Shown here one piece after another: positions 57,822 to 64,000 of a DNA stretch of 64,000 nt. Every line of letters begins with the position of its first letter. Positions within the stretch are counted from its first letter, which is position 1. Made by a program: the position numbers and the translations under genes. Origin of the DNA: Eledone cirrhosa (Eukaryota); NCBI GenBank assembly GCA_964016885.1, contig OZ024740.1:177754001-177818000 (forward strand), given 5' to 3'. Under the pieces are notes generated by a model. That model searched no databases, was not told the origin of the DNA, and was given only the letters and a program-made list of their open reading frames with translations.

Positions 57822-58829
57822 TATGTGTGTATATTGATATATATGAGTGTGTGTTCGGGAGCGTGTATGTATGTGTGTATATGTCTGTGTTAAGAAGTAT
57901 TCAGCTGATCGTGTTCATACATAAACTAAGAAGTGGAATGTTGTTTGCTAGTGTGTCTTAACTTACGTATTGGTTACGTAGAATTAAGCACGCCAGGTAT
58001 CCCGTTTCTTATTCGGATTCTTGCTAGGCCCGAAATCCTCCCTCCTCACCTTACACAATTCTCCATCTCTCCCCCGCCTCAAAACAAGTAACATTAAAAT
58101 ATATGAATAAATAAAAATAACAGATATGTAGCGAAAAAAAACAAAGCAGTAAAAAACATCACTATAAATCACGATAATATAAGCACACCTCACCACTGAC
58201 ATTTCGTCAAATCACCACTCTATTAATGCAAGAACTAGACATAGCGATTGCGTGAGCATGTAGATGGTTGTTAAATCTGCTAGAAATAGCTGCCCGTAAA
58301 ACACCCTTAAATCACAATTATACTGACCAAAAGACAGTGTTGTCACAGCAAGAATAACTTTATTTCACAACACCCCCAATAGCTCATGATCCGCTATAAA
58401 ACTCCAATGAATTAATGCTCTCACATCTGGAAGTGCTGCAGTCAAGGTTGGAATTAGATATTGGATAGTGGAGGGGTCAGGACACTTCAGGTTTGGGGGA
58501 CCCTTCATCCTTCATACACACAAAAAAAGAATACACAGCAAACGCCCCAATTTTATATACCAAAGTCAGCATGGCACAAGTAATTGGAATTGAAAAGTTA
58601 TACATACAGGTATTAAATTCAAAAATTCAAACCATCTGAAAACTAAAAAGCTTAGCTGAGGGCACAAATAAATTGCTACGGCCGTCGCTGGTGGGACCCT
58701 CACTGCAGTGGGCCCGGGTTAATTTCCCCCTTTGCTCCCCATTAAATCCGGCCCTAGCTGTAGTTGCTTACACTACCATCCTAGACCATTTAGTTACTTA
58801 GTTTAAAATCTTGACATTCACCAGCCTTT

Positions 58830-59080
58830 GGTTCACAGACCTACTGTCTCTTCTCCAGTTACTACGATAATCTCATACTTGGAGCTTGATGAATTCATGT
58901 CATCTCCACCCAAGCTCTCACAATTCAGTCGCTTCTTCTTTTCTCTGATCATTCTCAGTAACAAGTGTGCACCCTGGAATTCTCTCCTTTCTCATATCTT
59001 TCCGTATTGGGTGGACCTACAGCAATATAAAGAGATCATCAACGGCAAGATCTTCCTCCATCAAGTAGCAAACCCTTGAT
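58830..59080 (+). pseudogene. 3'-end relic of a CR1/L2-like LINE
   Basis: SQFSRFFF...PWNSLLSHIFP...LQQYKEIIN resembles the FF..R....WNxLP....FK end of these ORF2s. Confidence 0.45.
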
Positions 59081-62000
59081 ACAATGAGGGAATACGGTGA
59101 AACTGTAAGATATTGCTAGAACTGCTAGAAAAATCATTTAAATAACATCTTAATATCTTGAAGTAACACCGGATACAATAGACCATGTAATCTTAGATAT
59201 ATCAAGTCTGAACAAAACATGGTATGTTTTGATCCTAAAACATCTAAGTACCGATATTTTATGAAATTAGCATCAGCTTATAGCACTCTAGTTATACAAC
59301 GAACCAACGATGAAATATCTTTGGGGTCATTCAGAATGTTTGAATTAGCTGCACTGAATCACCCTAAGATCACACTTGAAAATTAAAGCTTGTCTCGAGC
59401 TCATCAGGCCGAAGCTAATCTCGATTTCAGAAGGTGATAAGCGACTGCTATTACAAGTCCGCCCCCTAGAGAGAACCCCAGTTCATCGCTGGTACTCATT
59501 TTACAGTTAAGTGAACTGTCACAACGCATAATGGAATTATTTGCTCATAGGATTGAATCAATGACCATGCGATCGTAATGCCAACGCTCTGACCACTAGG
59601 ACACAAATCTTCACAACTATACTACAGACAGTTTCCTGCAGTTCTTCATCGTTTCTTCTGTTCTATATAGCCCGTACTTTTTCCCTCTACTAGCTGGTTC
59701 GGTTGTTACAATATTATTGGTAGGACACTGATCCCGGAAGAACAGATTGATGTTGACAGGGTATATCCAATATAGGTTATCATGGCTGGCTATTAGATTG
59801 TAATTTTTAGTGGGGCAACCATTTGAGTTCTTATGTATCTTTCATTCACTTTTCATAGAGCGAGATCATGTCTCTGAGATAAAAGTTGAGATTCTTGTAT
59901 CAATATCGTGTCATAAGATCTGGGTTTGGGGGTTTTCTGTTTGATATTTAACTTGAGATGTTTTCCAATAATTTGACATTTATATTAAACATTGTTCTTG
60001 TTCAACATGTTTGCATTAGCCTTGCTCTGGTTATTCCACCAATTCGGCTTGCTTACTGTATTTTCTACGTCTTATCAATATAAAATTCAAGTGGCTTTCA
60101 ATTTGCTTTTCTTGGGTTGGAATATATATATTTCTGTAGGATTTGATTTGTTTACATTGAAACTACAATAAACTCATTTAGTGTATTAGGCTAACATTGT
60201 ATTCGGCATTTTGAGTGCACGTACCGCTTTTTCTTTTAGGCTTTCCGCTGTGGCTGTGAATTTCTATATCAGTTTACGTACTCTATAATTTAAAGTTTCA
60301 AATTTCGTATCTAAATAAATGGCTCTTCCAAAGTTTATTTCATTTGTTTCTTATATTTTTCTGTTACATTTCATATATGCGAGAAGCTATGACATGTATT
60401 CTTACTCGCAATAAAATTTTGTTATGGATTTACACTGGCTAACATTGTATACGTGAATTTTGTTTGTGTTTTTTCCGGTCTTGCGATGAATTACTTGAAC
60501 ATTTAAGGACTTGTACTTTGTTTTTATATCTCTTGACTGTTTTGTTATGTTGGTTTTGTAATTAAATTCTTACTATTTCGTTGAATACATCAAGTGCTAA
60601 TTCGTATATTTGTATGAAATAATTTCATTTTTTAATCAATGTTTTATACCTCTTTCAGTGCATCATTCCAAATTACTTGCAACGTGTCAAGCTAACGAAG
60701 AAGGCAATACATCGTTACTTCACGAGCGAAAAATAGTAACTAATTTTCCCTCAAATACTAATGTAATCTCTTTAAAATGATGAGTCATAAGATGTAGTCG
60801 GAGGAATATTGCTAAGAAGTTGATAAATGTCCATGTTTTAGTGCATGTGTTTGTTTGCTTGTGTGAATTGGCATATGTATACATATGTGTGAATGCGTTT
60901 GATTGCGTGTGTTTACGTTTGGATGTGTATGTTTGTAACTGTATGCGTGTATGTTTATATGTGACTACTTGTATATTTATATATGAGTACGATAGTGTTT
61001 GTGCGTGATTGAATATTTGTTTGTGTGTGTACTCGATCTAAAACACTATATCTATTTGTCTTAACCTTTCTCATCCTCTATACACCAAAAACACTACTTC
61101 CACAACTTGTTTTCTAAATGTGCCATACTTTATATCAATACATCTACGTACGCATTCTCCGATGTCTTTTTACAGCACGTCGCCGTATTAGACTCTTATC
61201 TTCATATATTCTCGAATGGTGCAAGTTGTGGTGGTAAGCCTGGGTGTCTCTTGCTCACTGTGACAAAATGCTACTAAATTCTCGTACTTGCTCTCCCTAC
61301 GTAACTTAGAGCGGCCCATATCTTTCTCAGTTTGAGTTGATCTAAGATATTCTAGTCTTTTATTGTCTCGTGTTAAACCTACGTATGTAACTGTTCTTCC
61401 GATATCACTCACTTCTTTTGCCAACAATACTGAGATATCAGGTCACCTTTATAATTATTTATGGCCAATGTTTGTGCAATAAGCAAATGTTGATTTCATG
61501 AGCTAGCTTTATTTTGCAAATGAGAGAATTCATCATCATTGCGCTAGCATAGTTTCGTGTTGTTACTTGTGTTGCTTTGGTTAGTGTTGTCATTGTAGTT
61601 TCTCTTGTTCTATTGTTGTTCCCTCTGTTGCTGCTTTCTTGGCCACCCTAAACTGTTTCAAGGAGATTGCCTCTTGTATCTCTAACATTATATTTTTACT
61701 AGGGGCTATAGTGTTGTTCGTGGGTGTGATGAAGACAGTGCTATTTATTACCTCATCAGAAAATGTAGGGCTAGTAAGTGGATCGATATTTTGGAGGGTT
61801 GTTGTGTTTATTATTACGCAAGTTAGAAAAGAGCTGCAGACAAAGCACTTCCTGTAACTGCCACTTACTTCTTGAAATATAAATTGGCCATTTTAAAATT
61901 ATTACCAAATATACTAAACTGGGGCATTTTGAGAGGGGCATAATGCCCGTCCAATGGTAGCTTCCTGGTAATCCCTAGTTGGACATCCAAAGATGGCAAA

Positions 62001-62794
62001 AGTACACAAATTTTCGAAAAGATCGTCAGGGAAAATCTATCGTGAATTTCACGTGCGATGCATCTTTTTTTCTTTTCCATTTTGTAGCTTTTGATTGAGG
62101 CACAAGGCCGCGTATTTCGGTAGAGTGAGTATAGGGTTTATAATCGATGAGGTCATCTTTACTACGGCATTTTACTTTACCTACATCAGAAAGAGAAATA
62201 ATAAATCGATTTTGTCGAAATTTGAACATAAAATGTAAATAACGCAAGGGAATATATTTTTGTCGGTTATTGTATCAATTTCTCCGATATTTCCCTCACT
62301 CCACCAATATTGGCCGCTCTAATAATAATAGTAACAATAACTATAGCGAAATGTTCTTGTAAAGACGCCAGCCAAATAATCAATTGTCCTACAGAGTGTT
62401 CTGGTTAAGTCCTAACGCTCCAGTGAACAAGAAATAAGCACACGCGTTCCACCGAAGGTCAGCTAAGCAATGTATATAATGTATGCACCTAAACTACTAT
62501 TGTCAAAAACTTGCTGTGCTTGTATGTATAACCAGTAGAGTTTTCTTTTTTATGTACAAGTTTCTTACCTCCTCCACCTCTTCTTTTATTATTATTATTA
62601 AGACATTATTATTTTCTTCAATTTTTTTAAAATAAGAAAAGAAGAAATAGAAAACAACATGAAAACGTACAATCCTGAATACAACACAAGAGCTCTATTT
62701 ATTTATTCTATTATACCTTGTTTAGTTTTATCCAGGTTTTACGTAAGTGTGGATACAAGTGCCTATGTGCTTATGTTTATACATAAGTGTATGA

Positions 62795-62878
<84 letters not shown>

Positions 62879-64000
62879 TTATGTATGTGTATGCGTGTGT
62901 ATGTATATATATATATACATACATATAAATTTCTGAAAAGATTTCTTGACAAAGGTTTCAATTTGTATAAAAGAGAAGAATATAAGAATGGAAAATATAT
63001 ATAACTTTTTAAATAGGGTTTAGATGAAGGCATTTCATTCTACTATTTCTAGACGAAGTTCATACATGAAAAGAATATATATATATATATATATACATTA
63101 TATATATATATATGCGTGTGTGTGTGTGTCTGTGTGTGTCTGTGTGTATCTGTGTCTGTGTGTGTGTGTGTATATGTGTGTGTCTGTGTCTGTGTCTGTG
63201 TGCGTGTGTGTGTGTGTGTGTCTGCGTCTGTATTTATTTGTTTATTTATATAAACTTCTGAAGTCTTCCCGGCTCGACAAAGATTTCAATTTGTATTCAA
63301 GTCATATTGAAAATATAATGGCAGAAAGAAGAAAAGAAAAACTAGAATGAAAAATATATATAATTTCTTAGATTTACAATTTGAAGCGGTTCACGCAGTT
63401 ACTTCATGACTTTGCCTTATCAATGATACTCGAACATAGCACTATCATTTTACAAAATGTTGCAAGCGTACAAACTGGAGAATCATATTCCATAGGAAAA
63501 TTTAAGCATGCAATAATTAATTTAATATAATTACAATTTCTGTGTACGCTCGCTTCGATTCCTCGATAACTGGTCTGTGTACAAAGAACAATTTGTTTAT
63601 TCCATTCGTCAAAGAATTTTTTTTTTAATAAAGCGTCCACACAGAAGTTTTGATTTTTGTAACTTATCTGGCGCATTTTAAAAACTCTCTGGTTTGCATT
63701 TAACAATATAGAAGACAATTTCTGCTATTCATTTTTAAAGATTGATTTAGATATTTTGAAAATGTTGGCTACCTTGTAGTACCTACAATGCATAACTATA
63801 ATGTATGCCACCACCAGCCTAATTTGTTTCCTGTAAGCTGAAATGTACATCATGAATATACTGATGAAATTAACTTTTTTTTCATTGGCAAAACGTAAAC
63901 TCGCAAAAATTTTCATCAGATTTTCAATTTCATGCTGCTAAAGAATCAATTTGGGTAATGTTATAGATTTTCTATAGGAAGGTAATTTTATTTTTTAAAA

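Noticed and set aside
58470-58757. hAT-like terminus taaatccggccctag
   Set aside because: No matching left TIR or target-site duplication was found.
59800-61860. Possible old LINE ORF1/ORF2 relic on the minus strand
   Set aside because: Compositional resemblance only, with no diagnostic motif.
62920-63300. Two similar segments tataaa.ttctgaa...gacaaag.tttcaatttgtat resembling a decayed hammerhead
   Set aside because: The core lacks both CUGANGA and GAAA. It can only be called a weak local duplication.
63404-63916. Short minus-strand ORFs as a host exon or transposase relic
   Set aside because: No recognisable domain or convincing splice structure. It would need a translated homology search.

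Overview
This is repeat-saturated, AT-rich animal genomic DNA. The very long (TA)n/(CA)n/(GATA)n tracts and the SINE types suggest a cephalopod such as Octopus, which is an inference. No host gene is recognisable, and almost all of the short ORFs in the track are microsatellite translations. Content: (i) a cluster of Tx1-clade (L1 group) LINEs, one near full length but disrupted and six truncated, each ending in (TCTA)n in a fixed orientation; (ii) Penelope-like elements (PLEs; RT, CxxxxCxxC finger, GIY-YIG; Neptune-like) inserted in (TA)n; (iii) at least seven different short non-coding elements, mostly fold-back (inverted-repeat) structures sitting in (TA)n, each carrying a minimal type I hammerhead-ribozyme motif per arm, often with a palindromic loop 3, plus an asymmetric 3' tail; (iv) tRNA-derived SINEs, MITEs, Helitron-like elements and relics of R4/Dong-like, CR1-like and RTE-like LINEs. 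The most notable signal is (iii), a diverse set of hammerhead-bearing, (TA)n-associated palindromic retroelements with unusual ribozyme variants. All folds and translations were read by eye, and element boundaries are approximate.
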